A stretch of 64,000 nucleotides of DNA from an uncultured Ignavibacteriaceae bacterium (GCA_963714415.1 CAVQOL010000014.1:10223-74222); one strand, 5' to 3'. Positions 21,703 through 33,177 are shown, numbered from the stretch's first letter. Made by a program: numbers and translations. Notes: generated by a model from the letters alone, not told the origin.

Positions 21703-24700
21703 ATGAAATCATTTTTATTAAAACTTATTCTTTTTCTTAGTTTCATTTTCGCAGCGGGTTCTGCTCAAACTTTAAAGAAAGAAACTATAAATAATAATAC
21801 TTATAATCTTGAAATAGAACTAAATCCTTCACCTTATAAAATTTTAAAGAAGAATTCTAAAAACTTAGTTCATTTTTACAATTTTCTAGATGAAACAAAA
21901 CCAGGAACGCCTGTATTACCTGCTAAAGACATATTCATTGCAATTCCTCCAGGTTCATCTCCAAATATTAAAGTTTTATTAATTAATAAAAAAGAAATTA
22001 TTGCTGAGCCTGAATTAAATCCAATAGTAAAAAGAGAAAGTGATTCAAGTATTGTGTATACAGAAGCTCCGGCTCCTGTAATTTCTCCTATCAATGAACT
22101 ATATAAAGTAAATGGATTTCTTTGGATTGGAAATAACTATTGTGTCCATTTAACTATTCACCAATATCAATATGATTATCAAAATAGATTAATTATTGAA
22201 AATAATACAATCCGTTTAGAACTTACATTTGACGGACCTTTAAACTTCACCGAGGAAAGGTATATTTCAGTTTCTTCTAATATATTAAATAAAGAATTTG
22301 CATCAGGAAATCAATCAAAAAGTGATTACAAAATTCAAAAAACAGATGAATGGATTAACTATGATAATACTTATGTAAAAATTGGTGTTGCACAAGATGG
22401 TGTTTACAGGTTTGATTACAATGATTTGGTTTCATCGGGTGTTTCTCTTAACGGAATAAATCCTCAGACTTTCAAATTTTTTAATAAAGGTGAGTTGATT
22501 CCAATTTATGTGCATGGTGAAACTGATGGTACTTTTGATCCAGGAGATTTTATTGAATTTGCGGGGATAAGAAATATGGGAGGCAATTACAGAAAGGTAA
22601 GTACACAGGGTGAACCATATAATGAATATTTGGGAAGATACACAGATACAACCATTTACTGGTTAACCTGGGGTGGAGAATATGGATTAAGAGTTCCAAT
22701 AAGTAATGGAAATCCTCAGACAGCAGCTTCAGACACTTTAAAATTTTATAGTGAACTTATCCATAAAGAAATAAACAACTGGTTTGATTTTTCTATGGCA
22801 GACCAGGTAAGAAGAGAAATGCCGTTTTGGGCTGAGAACAAGACATGGAATGAAGGAAACCTAGGTGTGGGTATATTAAATATAGACTTTAAATTGTACG
22901 ATATTTATCCTGATGAGAATGCTAAAATGTTTGTAAAATTACAGGACTATGCATCTAATATTTTCACAAATGCACACCTTCTCGCTCTCTCATTAAATGA
23001 ATATCCTACTCTTTATGATTCCGGGTATATAAATAAATATGAACAAAAGGTTCTGGAAGGTGACTTTAATTCATCCTTATTAGTAGAAGGAACAAATAGA
23101 TTAAAAGTTCATTCTTTCCAAACAACAGCAACATTAAATGCCTGTATAAGGGATTGGTACGAAATTGAATACCCAAGATATATCAAAACCTTCAATGATT
23201 CATTAAAGTTTTCATTTAACTATTTAAATTTATCCGGAATCTATTGTTTTTATGTTAGTAATATTCAGAATAATGCAGTTACATTTTGGAAATTTGGAGG
23301 TTCTTTCAAAAAATATTTTGTTACTCCTAGCAATGGGTCTGTTTTTATAAAAGATACTATAGACTCGGGCAATAAATTTTTCATTTCCGATAGTAATAAG
23401 GTTCTAAAGCCCAGACTTTATTATAAAAAGAATTTTGTAAATCTTCGAAGTAATCAGAATAAAACTGATTATTTAGCAATAACCAGTAAGACCATATTGA
23501 ATAAAGCGGAAGAGTATAATAATCTTATTACGGATAAATATAATATTGAAACAAAGCTTATTGATATAGATGATATCTATGATGAATTTGCTTATGGATA
23601 CTTTGATCCTGAATCAATTCGCGAATTTTTAATAAATACCCATACTAATTGGCAACCACCATTTCCCCAATATGTCTTCCTTATCGGGGATGCCAATTAT
23701 GATTATCATTTAAACAAATTTAAATATCAGAATACTCCACCTATTGAAAATATAGTTCCATCTTTTGGTGCTCCTGTAAGTGATAACTGGTTTGTTACAT
23801 GGGATACTACTGGAGCTTATATTCCTCAGATGAATATTGGTCGTATTACTGTTCATACACCACAGGAATTAGATAATTATTTGCAAAGACATCAGGAATA
23901 CTTAACACAATCTTATGACAGCTGGAATAAACACTATATATTTTTTAGCGGAGGCAAAGATGATCAGGATGAATTGGATATTTTGAGAGAGACTAATCAG
24001 AATATTATAGATAACTATATTGTTCCTTCTCCTATTGGTGGGAATTGGTCTCATTTTTATAAAACACTGAATCCTGTAACGAATTTTGGTCCCTATTCAT
24101 ACGAATATTTTCAAAATGCTATTGACCGGGGAGGATTATTTATTTCTTATATTGGGCATAGTGGCACACAGACTTGGGATAATAGTATTTCCGATCCTTC
24201 TCAATTGCATAATCTAGATAATCGGAATCCTCTCATTACGGACTTTGGTTGTTCGACGGGAAAGTTCGCTGAACCGGACGTGGTTTCATTTTCAGAATTA
24301 TTTATTAATTCAAACACTGGACAGGCAATTAGTTACATCGGGAACTCTTCTCTGGGATTTCTTTCAACTTCAACAATATTCCCGGGAATTTTTTATAAGA
24401 AAATATTACAGGACAGTATACTAAACATTAGTGAAGCTCATAAATTGGCAAAACTTGAATTATTGCAGGATTATGGGTCATCCGGTATTTACAAATTGTT
24501 TGCATTAACCAACGAACTTATTGGAGATCCCATTATAAGTCTTCCGATTCCTCAGAAACCGAATTTAGCTATTAATGTAAGCGGTATTGGTATTCAGTCT
24601 AATCTTACGGATTTAGAAGATAAGGCAGATATCTCGGTTACATTTTATAATTGGGGAAAAGCTGTCGCTGATTCTTTCTTAATAACAGTTCAGGATAATT

Positions 24701-27006
24701 ATCTTAATAATGTAGTTTATAATGATTCAGTTTACAAATTGTTACCTCTTTACCAGGATTCTTTAACATTATTAATGCCGATTCTGAATAAACCAGGGGA
24801 ACACTTAATAATAATTTCATTAGATGCAAACGATGATATTGATGAAATTAATGAATTAGATAATACAGTAGCTCTCCGTTTTTATGTTACAAGTTCAAGG
24901 ATAAAAACGCTGTTATCTTATAACGAGGAAAATGGAATAAAAGATTCTCTTATAATTATTAATCCGTCTATAAAATCCATCAGCGATTCCATTGAAATAG
25001 AATTATCACAAAACAGAGATTACATAGGTTCGTCTTACTTTTTTATTAAAATGGATTCTGTGATTTCACATTTCAATTTACCTAATGAATTTCTAAATAA
25101 GAGAATTTGGCTAAGAGGAAAAATAAGCGGCGATGATTTTCTTGGGTTTGATAAATCTGTTTATACAGGTATTTCATCTAAATATATTCTAAATGATAAT
25201 ATAAGCTTAAGCAATTCACTTCTCTTAAATTTATTTCTTTACAATGATTCTGTCACACTTGATACTAACAAAACGAATTTTCATGTTATATCCGCAGGAT
25301 TCAATGATGGTAACACTGCTGTTATCTTAAAAAATGGTGAGAATTTTGTCCTGGACAATACGCTCAGAGGCCATCATTTGTGTGTCTTTAAAGACAGCTC
25401 ATATGATTTTGTTAAATATGTGCACTTTGATTTATTAGCTGGTGGTTCAACTACAGCACTTAGTTACACTAATTTCCTTGATAGTTTGACAGATAATGAA
25501 ATTATAATAATATCAGTATCAGACGAAGGATATATCTCTTTAACTAATGAATTAAAAGCTAAAATTCGTGAGTTTGGGAGCATTTATATTGACAGTTTAG
25601 TATTTAGAGGCTCCTGGGCTTTCTTAGGGAAACGCGGAGCCGTACTTGGTTCTATGCCAGAAGCTTACAGCAAACCTTTCGAGGGAAGAGTTGAAATTGA
25701 TACTTTGATCCAAAGATTATTTACCAGTGGAACCCTTACAACATCTAATGTAGGTCCATCTTCAAAATGGGAATCAGTTGATATTAATCAATTTGTTCCC
25801 CCAGACGCCGAAACTAATATGCGGACAATTGGAATTAAACTGGATGCTTCACAGGATACATTGGGCTTCCTCTCTTTACAAAACGGAGTTGCTGATCTTA
25901 GTGATATTGATGCAGCAATTTATCCAAATATAAAACTATTAATTGGAATGCAGACAAATAATCAATCACAAATTCCTTCGATCTCATCTATAGGAGTAAA
26001 CTATAAAGGATTATCCGAACTTGCCGCCAACTATCAGGTTGTTTCTATTGATAATGATACAATTCCCGCAGGTGGAAATGTTAAACTAAGTTTCTGGGTT
26101 TACAATGTTGGTGAAGCAAATGCAGATAGTTTTAATGTAAAGGTTGATGTTGTAAATCAAGATAATTCTTCATCTACAATTTTCAACCAATTGGTAACAT
26201 CACTCGAATCAAATAGCAAACAAAAGTTTAATGTCGATTATCAAGCGTTGGGAACTGATACTGAGAAAAGATTTGTGATAAATATCGATCCTGAAGATAA
26301 AATAACAGAATATTATAAAGACAATAATTTCTTTACAAAATCAGTTTATGTACAACCTGATCTCGTTCCACCGATGGTTAAAATAACTTTTGATGAAACT
26401 GAAATTGTTAATGGGGATTTCGTTTCAAAAAAACCAAATATAAAGATTGCTCTGAGCGATGAATCACCGATTCCTATTGTAGATACGACAGCAGTTAAAA
26501 TCTACCTTAATGAAATACCAGTTTATTATGGAGCTAATCCTTCAATTCTATCTTATTCGATTAATAGTAGTAATCCAAAATTTGTTACAGATTATAAACC
26601 CGAACTTGAAGATGGCGATTATTTATTAAAAGTTGTAGCCAAAGATCCCAACGGTAATCTTGCTGATTCAGCATCAAGTGAAGTTTATTTTGTAGTATCA
26701 TCCCAAACAAAGCTGATTCAGGTTTACAATTATCCTAATCCCTTTAGCGAAGGAACTTATTTTACATTCAAGCTCACTCAAATTCCTGATGAAATAAAAA
26801 TAAGAATATTTACTATTGCTGGAAGAGTAATAAAAGAGATTACGAAGAAATCATCAGAGCTTAATTATGATTATAATAGGATTTATTGGGACGGTAAAGA
26901 TGAAGATGGTGATGTAATTGGAAATGGAACTTATTTGTATAAGATAATTATGACAAGTTCAGAGAAAACAGAAACACTTATCAAGAAATTAGCTAAAGTT
27001 CGTTAA
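21703..27006 (+). CDS. Peptidase C25 (gingipain/PorU-family) cysteine peptidase with a T9SS C-terminal domain, 1767 aa
   Basis: Signal peptide. C25 core YLAITSKTIL...IDDIYDEFAYGYFDPESIREFL...YVFLIGDANYDYH. Candidate catalytic His (SYIGHSGTQTWDN) and Cys (ITDFGCSTGKF). C-terminal sorting domain VYNYPNPFSEGTYFTFKL...IRIFTIAGRVIKEI...GTYLYKIIM. Confidence 0.85.
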   Translation: MKSFLLKLILFLSFIFAAGSAQTLKKETINNNTYNLEIELNPSPYKILKKNSKNLVHFYNFLDETKPGTPVLPAKDIFIAIPPGSSPNIKVLLINKKEIIAEPELNPIVKRESDSSIVYTEAPAPVISPINELYKVNGFLWIGNNYCVHLTIHQYQYDYQNRLIIENNTIRLELTFDGPLNFTEERYISVSSNILNKEFASGNQSKSDYKIQKTDEWINYDNTYVKIGVAQDGVYRFDYNDLVSSGVSLNGINPQTFKFFNKGELIPIYVHGETDGTFDPGDFIEFAGIRNMGGNYRKVSTQGEPYNEYLGRYTDTTIYWLTWGGEYGLRVPISNGNPQTAASDTLKFYSELIHKEINNWFDFSMADQVRREMPFWAENKTWNEGNLGVGILNIDFKLYDIYPDENAKMFVKLQDYASNIFTNAHLLALSLNEYPTLYDSGYINKYEQKVLEGDFNSSLLVEGTNRLKVHSFQTTATLNACIRDWYEIEYPRYIKTFNDSLKFSFNYLNLSGIYCFYVSNIQNNAVTFWKFGGSFKKYFVTPSNGSVFIKDTIDSGNKFFISDSNKVLKPRLYYKKNFVNLRSNQNKTDYLAITSKTILNKAEEYNNLITDKYNIETKLIDIDDIYDEFAYGYFDPESIREFLINTHTNWQPPFPQYVFLIGDANYDYHLNKFKYQNTPPIENIVPSFGAPVSDNWFVTWDTTGAYIPQMNIGRITVHTPQELDNYLQRHQEYLTQSYDSWNKHYIFFSGGKDDQDELDILRETNQNIIDNYIVPSPIGGNWSHFYKTLNPVTNFGPYSYEYFQNAIDRGGLFISYIGHSGTQTWDNSISDPSQLHNLDNRNPLITDFGCSTGKFAEPDVVSFSELFINSNTGQAISYIGNSSLGFLSTSTIFPGIFYKKILQDSILNISEAHKLAKLELLQDYGSSGIYKLFALTNELIGDPIISLPIPQKPNLAINVSGIGIQSNLTDLEDKADISVTFYNWGKAVADSFLITVQDNYLNNVVYNDSVYKLLPLYQDSLTLLMPILNKPGEHLIIISLDANDDIDEINELDNTVALRFYVTSSRIKTLLSYNEENGIKDSLIIINPSIKSISDSIEIELSQNRDYIGSSYFFIKMDSVISHFNLPNEFLNKRIWLRGKISGDDFLGFDKSVYTGISSKYILNDNISLSNSLLLNLFLYNDSVTLDTNKTNFHVISAGFNDGNTAVILKNGENFVLDNTLRGHHLCVFKDSSYDFVKYVHFDLLAGGSTTALSYTNFLDSLTDNEIIIISVSDEGYISLTNELKAKIREFGSIYIDSLVFRGSWAFLGKRGAVLGSMPEAYSKPFEGRVEIDTLIQRLFTSGTLTTSNVGPSSKWESVDINQFVPPDAETNMRTIGIKLDASQDTLGFLSLQNGVADLSDIDAAIYPNIKLLIGMQTNNQSQIPSISSIGVNYKGLSELAANYQVVSIDNDTIPAGGNVKLSFWVYNVGEANADSFNVKVDVVNQDNSSSTIFNQLVTSLESNSKQKFNVDYQALGTDTEKRFVINIDPEDKITEYYKDNNFFTKSVYVQPDLVPPMVKITFDETEIVNGDFVSKKPNIKIALSDESPIPIVDTTAVKIYLNEIPVYYGANPSILSYSINSSNPKFVTDYKPELEDGDYLLKVVAKDPNGNLADSASSEVYFVVSSQTKLIQVYNYPNPFSEGTYFTFKLTQIPDEIKIRIFTIAGRVIKEITKKSSELNYDYNRIYWDGKDEDGDVIGNGTYLYKIIMTSSEKTETLIKKLAKVR

Positions 27007-27088
27007 TGGTTATAGTCAATATTATAAAACATTTAACTTAGAGTAATCTTTCATAATAAAAAATTTATAACCTGATTGGTTTATTAGA

Positions 27089-27634
27089 TTACAAATTTGC
27101 TCGGTTAAGTTCATACACCACCGTTTTTGAATTCCCATTCTCAACAGAATTACACCTGGCTTTTCTGGCAAAATTATTTCTTTCCAGAATTTTTATTGAT
27201 CTTAAATTATTCGGATCGACTTCACCCTCAATTGATTTAAGATTCAGATTTTCAAATCCAAATTTAATTACAGAGGTTAAGACCTCCTGCATTATTCCTT
27301 TCCCCTGAAATTCAGGCAGAAGTTCAAAACCAATTTCTGCTGTATAAAAATCTTCTGAAAAATTCCAAAAGCAGATAGTTCCAAACAGCTTATTGCTGTT
27401 GTGTGGAGTAATTGCCCAGTAAATAACTATGTTTTCTGCAATGCTGTTATTTGTCTTTTGAATGAACTGACGTGCATCATTCAAATTTTTAGCTGGAGGT
27501 CTGTCCAGATATTTATTTACTTTCTCATCGCTTCTGAGAGCAAATATTTCTTTTTCATCTTCATTTGTAAGCTGACGAAGAGTAAAGCGCTCAGTTTTTA
27601 ATTCCGGAAAAGGCAAAAAGTTTATTTGGTTCAT
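27089..27634 (-). CDS. GNAT family N-acetyltransferase (RimJ/RimL-like)
   Basis: 181 aa. TERFTLRQLTNED..., acetyl-CoA loop LPEFQGKGIMQE, then NLRSIKILERNNF. Confidence 0.8.
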   Translation of the reverse strand: MNQINFLPFPELKTERFTLRQLTNEDEKEIFALRSDEKVNKYLDRPPAKNLNDARQFIQKTNNSIAENIVIYWAITPHNSNKLFGTICFWNFSEDFYTAEIGFELLPEFQGKGIMQEVLTSVIKFGFENLNLKSIEGEVDPNNLRSIKILERNNFARKARCNSVENGNSKTVVYELNRANL

Positions 27635-27833
27635 TTTTATAATTATTTGATATTGTCAATCTGATAATTTCTAATCTAATAATTAGTAGAATAAAATCAA
27701 TAAATGATTTTTCTAAATGAGTTATCTTAATAGTGCATTAAAATATTTTAATTCTTATTTTAATCACAATTAATTAAATAAAAATTAATTAGGTACAATA
27801 ATAATTGAATTCTACGAAAAATAAAGGGATGTT

Positions 27834-29180
27834 ATGAAAAATCTTCTATTCGCATTAGCGCTGGTATATTTAGCTTCATCTCTATCGATAGCTCAATTTA
27901 CTGAATACCCCAGACCTGATGAAGGAGTACTGACAGGTGGTGCGGGATTAATCTGGATTGATGGTGAGCCACATTATAGAATTAGTTTCAGACCAGAAGT
28001 GTCATTTGCAAATTTTGGTGTTGGTTTGGATCTTAATCTTGACTTCGACAGTGAAGGTAAGCTGCGTAAGGAAAATTTCAATGAGTTCTCAGATTATCTT
28101 TCATTAATACGCTATGCAAGATATGGTTTGAAAAATGAACCGGTTTATATAAAACTCGGTGCACTTGATTATCATACTTTGGGTCACGGTACGATTATGT
28201 CGCAGTACAATAACAGTCCATCTTTCGATACTAGAAAAATCGGTCTCGTTATGGATATAGATTTTGGTCAGTTCGGATTTGAATCAATTTACGGTACATT
28301 CGGTGAAGGCGGTATTTTTGGTTTAAGAGGATATGTGCGACCGTTACAATTTAACACCTCGACTGATTTGCCAATACTGCGGAATATTGAAGTTGGTGCA
28401 ACCTATGCAGTTGATTTTAATAAATATGCTGGAGTGCTCGGCGGAAACTATAATCCTGTTTCTGATGAATTTGAGATAACCAATGACGATGGTGCCTTAA
28501 GCATTATTGGGGTTGATATAGGGTTTCCGGTAATCAAATCATCTTTGGCAACTTTAACTTTATATGCCGATTACAATAAAATAATCAACTTCGGAAGCGG
28601 TGTTGCGACAGGTGTCAAGTTCGATCTTAACGGACTTGGTTTATTCTCAGCAATGGCAAAACTTGAAAGAAGATTTAACGGCGATAATTATATCCCTTCT
28701 TACTTTAATTCATTTTATGAACTAGAAAGATTCAGAGTTGATCCATCAACGGGATTATTCTCAAGTAAAGTCCAACAACTTGCATTATCAAATGATATTG
28801 GTGATGGATGGTTTGGTGAACTTGGAATCAGGGTTTTAAATTTGTTTGATATTATTGGTTCATATCAGAGATTAGATAAAGATTCTAAGAGTGGAATTCT
28901 TCATTTGTTTACTGAAATAGCTCCTGAAGAGGCTCCTTTTGTTGCTCGTGCGGGTTATGATAAAGTAAGAATTGAAAATGAAAAAGATATTTTTACTCTT
29001 GATGACAGATCCTATCTTTTTACGGAGGTTGGTTATAAACCAATGCCGTATATTTTAGTGTCCTTGGTTTATCACTGGACTTTTGCGCCCGTAAGAGATG
29101 CGAGCGATAATGTAATTAGTTATGAAACACAAAAAAGAATTGAACCCAGAATTTCGTTTATTTATCCGTTTCAGTTCTAA
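27834..29180 (+). CDS. Outer-membrane beta-barrel protein, unknown function
   Basis: Signal peptide ...ASSLSIAQ. Gly/aromatic-rich alternating strands. C-terminal ISFIYPFQF. SD-like AAGGGA lies upstream. Confidence 0.5.
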   Translation: MKNLLFALALVYLASSLSIAQFTEYPRPDEGVLTGGAGLIWIDGEPHYRISFRPEVSFANFGVGLDLNLDFDSEGKLRKENFNEFSDYLSLIRYARYGLKNEPVYIKLGALDYHTLGHGTIMSQYNNSPSFDTRKIGLVMDIDFGQFGFESIYGTFGEGGIFGLRGYVRPLQFNTSTDLPILRNIEVGATYAVDFNKYAGVLGGNYNPVSDEFEITNDDGALSIIGVDIGFPVIKSSLATLTLYADYNKIINFGSGVATGVKFDLNGLGLFSAMAKLERRFNGDNYIPSYFNSFYELERFRVDPSTGLFSSKVQQLALSNDIGDGWFGELGIRVLNLFDIIGSYQRLDKDSKSGILHLFTEIAPEEAPFVARAGYDKVRIENEKDIFTLDDRSYLFTEVGYKPMPYILVSLVYHWTFAPVRDASDNVISYETQKRIEPRISFIYPFQF

Positions 29181-29201
29181 ATACCAATATTCTTTAAAAG
29201 C

Positions 29202-29222
29202 GGAACGGTCACAAACCGTTCC
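29202..29222. terminator. Hairpin between convergent genes (possible bidirectional terminator)
   Basis: GGAACGGT-CACAA-ACCGTTCC is a perfect 8-bp stem. It is flanked by A-rich 5' and T-rich 3' sequence. Confidence 0.6.
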
Positions 29223-29867
29223 CTACTTTTTAAAAATGTATGCTCTCAACTCCTCCACTGAATGAAATATTTTTTCGCTGTTGATTTGTTTTACCTGTTC
29301 AGCACCGTAACTATCCCACAGTACCGAAGCGTAATCAACGCCTGCTTTTCTGGCTGCTTTAACATCTGATACTGCATCGCCAATCATCAATACCTTATCT
29401 TTTGGAAGATTAAACTTATCAACAAACTTTAAAATTCCCTCTGGAGATGGTTTATGTTCGTCAACATCATCCCCTGTAACTATCATATCAAAATATTTAG
29501 CAACACCAATTTCTTTAAGAGTTATCATCGATGATCTTCTACCTTTGCCGGTAAAAACAGAAAGCAAAACAGATTTATTCTTCAACTCTTTTATTAAATC
29601 TTTTATACCGAAATAAATCTTAGCAATCGAGTGATTTGCTTTATAATAATCGTAATAATCCTCCGTCGCTTCTTCAAGATTATCCGAAAATAAATTTTTC
29701 AAAATCACATCTTCGGGAGGACCGAACATACCGATGATTTCTTTATCTGTGAAAGTTTTATCCAGATATTTTTTTGCAACGTGATTAAAAGTATCAAATA
29801 TTAATTGGTTGGTAGAAGTAAGCGTTCCGTCGATATCGAAAATGATGCCTTGGAATCTGGGTTTCAT
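29223..29867 (-). CDS. HAD-superfamily phosphatase (PpaX/phosphoglycolate-phosphatase-like)
   Basis: Motif I IIFDIDGTL, motif II SVFTGKG, motif IV MIGDAVSDVKAARKAG. Confidence 0.8.
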   Translation of the reverse strand: MKPRFQGIIFDIDGTLTSTNQLIFDTFNHVAKKYLDKTFTDKEIIGMFGPPEDVILKNLFSDNLEEATEDYYDYYKANHSIAKIYFGIKDLIKELKNKSVLLSVFTGKGRRSSMITLKEIGVAKYFDMIVTGDDVDEHKPSPEGILKFVDKFNLPKDKVLMIGDAVSDVKAARKAGVDYASVLWDSYGAEQVKQINSEKIFHSVEELRAYIFKK

Positions 29868-29931
29868 ATTCTCTCAGTTAGTTTTATAAAAAGTAATCTT
29901 CCCGTTAATGTCTTTTACTATTAATTCCCCA

Positions 29932-31167
29932 TTATTGATTACATTGATAGAGGTATATTGGAATATTTGTTTGTGATAACAGTTGTCTTACAGCATAGTT
30001 CAAATCAAGACTGTATAATGATCCATCAGAGAAACCTATAAAAATATTTTCTTTGCTTTCTGCAATGCAAAATGAAAATAATCCGGATTTCTTAAAATCA
30101 ATTTTACTTATTTCTTTACCATCTTTTGAAGAAATAATTGTTAATAATCCTTTGCTGTTGAGCGTAAATAAATTTTGTTTGTCTGAACTCAGATAAATTT
30201 TGAAAAGGATTTCTTCACTATTATACAACCAGGTTTTTTGACCAAGTAATAGATCAATTGCTAAAATATTTCCATCCGGTGTGATTGAAAATATGTTAGT
30301 TCCATCAGAAAGAGGAAAATTAGCTGCTGAAAAATTATGTTTGTCATCAAACTCGTATTTCCAAATAAGCGTACCTGATTTTATGTTTACATAATAAAGA
30401 GATAAGGTTGAGCTAAGCAAAACTATTTTATCTTTATCAACCGCGGGTTTAGATATGATAGGATGATCCGAAATATTTCTTTCCCATAATTGTTCAAATG
30501 AAAAAGCATCGTAACAAAAAATGTTTCCTTCGGAAGTTCCAAATACAACTCCTTTGCCTGCGTAATTTTCATTTGCAATATCAACGAGTGAAAGATCAGA
30601 TGTTATGCTTTCACCAATACCAACTACTTGCAGCACTTCGCCATTATTAGAATTTATCGAATATAGATCTCCCTCAACTGTAGAAGTTAAAAGTAAATCC
30701 TTATACAATATTGAATTATTTTTTATACGCCCTGATAATTCGGTAATAAATTTATCTATGCCCCTATAGTCATTACCATAAATTAATCCATCATCCAAGA
30801 TTGTATATATTTTATCGTTGGAAACTATAAGCGGAGTTGATGAAGATGATTTAAAATCTTTTTCAAAAGTTTTTGTAAGATTGGAATCAGTTCTTGGCTC
30901 ATCTATAATACCTTTTCTTGTATTATCATCCAATATTAAAAATACATTTATATCCGGTTTACTATTCGATATTAAAGTAATTTGTTCAGGAGCTTTAATG
31001 TCAAAATTGCCACTTGAAGTTGTATTTGATACAATAGCAACTTTTTTTGGCTGGCATAATATTGGTGACCAATAATGACTTGTTAATAAACAACAGATCA
31101 GTATAAATCCAAAGTTGGTAATAATATTTAAACTTTTGTCTTTATTAAACATTTTACAATCAACCAT
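29932..31167 (-). CDS. PQQ-like beta-propeller repeat protein, membrane-anchored
   Basis: N-terminal TM segment. Repeated ...G.L..I....G..LW... units, for example GDLYSINSNNGEVLQ, GNIFCYDAFSFEQLWE and YYVNIKSGTLIWKY. Confidence 0.55.
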   Translation of the reverse strand: MVDCKMFNKDKSLNIITNFGFILICCLLTSHYWSPILCQPKKVAIVSNTTSSGNFDIKAPEQITLISNSKPDINVFLILDDNTRKGIIDEPRTDSNLTKTFEKDFKSSSSTPLIVSNDKIYTILDDGLIYGNDYRGIDKFITELSGRIKNNSILYKDLLLTSTVEGDLYSINSNNGEVLQVVGIGESITSDLSLVDIANENYAGKGVVFGTSEGNIFCYDAFSFEQLWERNISDHPIISKPAVDKDKIVLLSSTLSLYYVNIKSGTLIWKYEFDDKHNFSAANFPLSDGTNIFSITPDGNILAIDLLLGQKTWLYNSEEILFKIYLSSDKQNLFTLNSKGLLTIISSKDGKEISKIDFKKSGLFSFCIAESKENIFIGFSDGSLYSLDLNYAVRQLLSQTNIPIYLYQCNQ

Positions 31168-31288
31168 TGATTTTATATATATTTTTCATTATTTATTAAA
31201 AGTTGAATTCTGATCTTTACTAACCATGGGACCAATCTTGATACATCTTAAATCAATTATTTAATTTCCACAAATTTAAGGGAGCATC

Positions 31289-33011
31289 ATGAAAAAACAT
31301 ACACAGTTCTTAACAATCATTCTTATTGGAATCTTCTTTTCCAGTCTGGGTTTGGCACAAGGTGATAAACCCGAAGGATCAAGTTTCCAAATCGATATTC
31401 CCCAACATATCCAATTGTTAAACCAGCAGATAAAACTTGCTGAAGACAATGAAAACTGGGATGAATACTACTCACTAAGGCAGCAGATTATTGATGCCTG
31501 GAAACAGGTAAATCCGGAAGTTGCTAATATGTACAGAACTACAAATTCGTTAGAGCAAGATGCTCTTGACCAAAACGCTCCTAAAACAGTGGAAATTACA
31601 GTTGGGGCGGATAGTCCACTATGGGGCGATGACCTCATTAGTTCATACAGGAAGTGCAACTGATATTAAGTCTTGCCGTTAGCAGAGGCGATACTACTGA
31701 TTCTGGCTGCTCTTGATAATTCTTCAGGCCATGTTGCGATTTATCGCTCCGGAAACGGCGGAATTAAGTTGGTCGCCTTATACAAATATTGGTGTTGCTT
31801 CAAGCAGCAAAATAGAAATTCTTGAATTTGATGGATATCCGGGTAACGTAGGTCCTTCATATATATTGTCTATTTACATTATATGATTCAGGAACTTTGT
31901 ACTGTACCAGGTTTGAAACACCATCAACTTTTGTTAACTCTGTGGTAGCAACCGGTTGTACAGATTTTGCAGTTGATAGAAATTTATCAGCTATTAATTA
32001 TCGTTGCTTTGTCCAGTATGACAGTGCTGCATACTCAATTCATAAAAGAAGCGACCCTGCTAGTTATGCGACAATCTGGCAGGATCCTATTTCAGATATC
32101 TGGATGTGAAGATCCTAGTATTGCTTATGGATATAATGGAAGTATATATTTAACTTATAATAGGAAGAAGTTCAGGTAATCTCTATATACGCTCTACATA
32201 TAGTTATGTGGACCCTCTTACTTGGGGACTATCAACAAACAGTTGAATATGGATCAACCGATACCACATTTGCCCCTGCGATTATTGCATCAAGACAGGA
32301 CACAAGTACTCAAACTGTAATTGCTGTATATGAATCGGTTAACTAGTGGAAGGATGGATTTACGATACAACAAGGAAAGTCGGCGGTGCTGGCTGGTCTG
32401 ATCCTGGAAACTGGTCATCCGTCCCTAGATTCAGATAATAAGCATGTTGCATTATATTGTGCAAAAAGTGCGGAGTAATGATGTTTTTCAGGCAGTTTTT
32501 TCAAGAACAGGTCTGGGCAATACTCTGCCAAGAGCAATAAGATACAGGAAATATAGTGGCGGATTCTGGAACAGCAGCACCCAGAGGTCTGATGATGCAA
32601 TTATTCCTACAGGTCTTCAGGGTGCATCTGTTGTCGAAATGAACACTGGATTAGCTGCATTTGCATATGCTGGTAATGGCAGTGTGCAATGTTTATTTTG
32701 ATAATGAAGATTGGGTTACAGATGTTACATCAGAGACCGGAGTTCCTGACGTGTATTCACTATCACAAAACTATCCTAATCCATTTAATCCTAGCACGGC
32801 AATTCGCTTTAATATTCCGCAACAAGACCATGTTGTTTTGAAAATTTTTAATAATATTGGTCAGGAAGTAAGCACTTTGGTAAATCAGGATATGGATGCA
32901 GGCAGTTATGAAGTGAATTTTAATGCATCAGATTTAGCAAGCGGTGTGTACTTTTATAGAATTCAGACAGCTAATTATTCTGAATCTAAAAAGATGATTC
33001 TAATTAAGTAA
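31289..33011 (+). pseudogene. T9SS-sorted secreted protein, heavily frame-disrupted in the middle
   Basis: The N-terminus has an intact signal peptide (31289..31663). The C-terminal sorting domain is intact: YSLSQNYPNPFNPSTAIRFNIP...LKIFNNIGQEV...GVYFYRIQ (32661..33011). Between them, protein-like fragments hop frames many times. Confidence 0.7.
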
Positions 33012-33036
33012 TTAAGTGTAATAATTATTTATTTGT

Positions 33037-33067
33037 AAGGACGGTTTAACAGCCGTCCTTTTTATTT
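33037..33067 (+). terminator. Rho-independent terminator
   Basis: AAGGACGG-TTTAACAG-CCGTCCTT followed by TTTATTT, directly after the stop at 33011. Confidence 0.8.
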
Positions 33068-33177
33068 ATATACATTTCTAATTTTCTTGCATAAAAAACG
33101 CAACATTTATACCTTTAGTGCCGTCTAAAAAATAATTTTTAATCTTTTATCACTCAGAACAAAAAATGAGGTAAACT

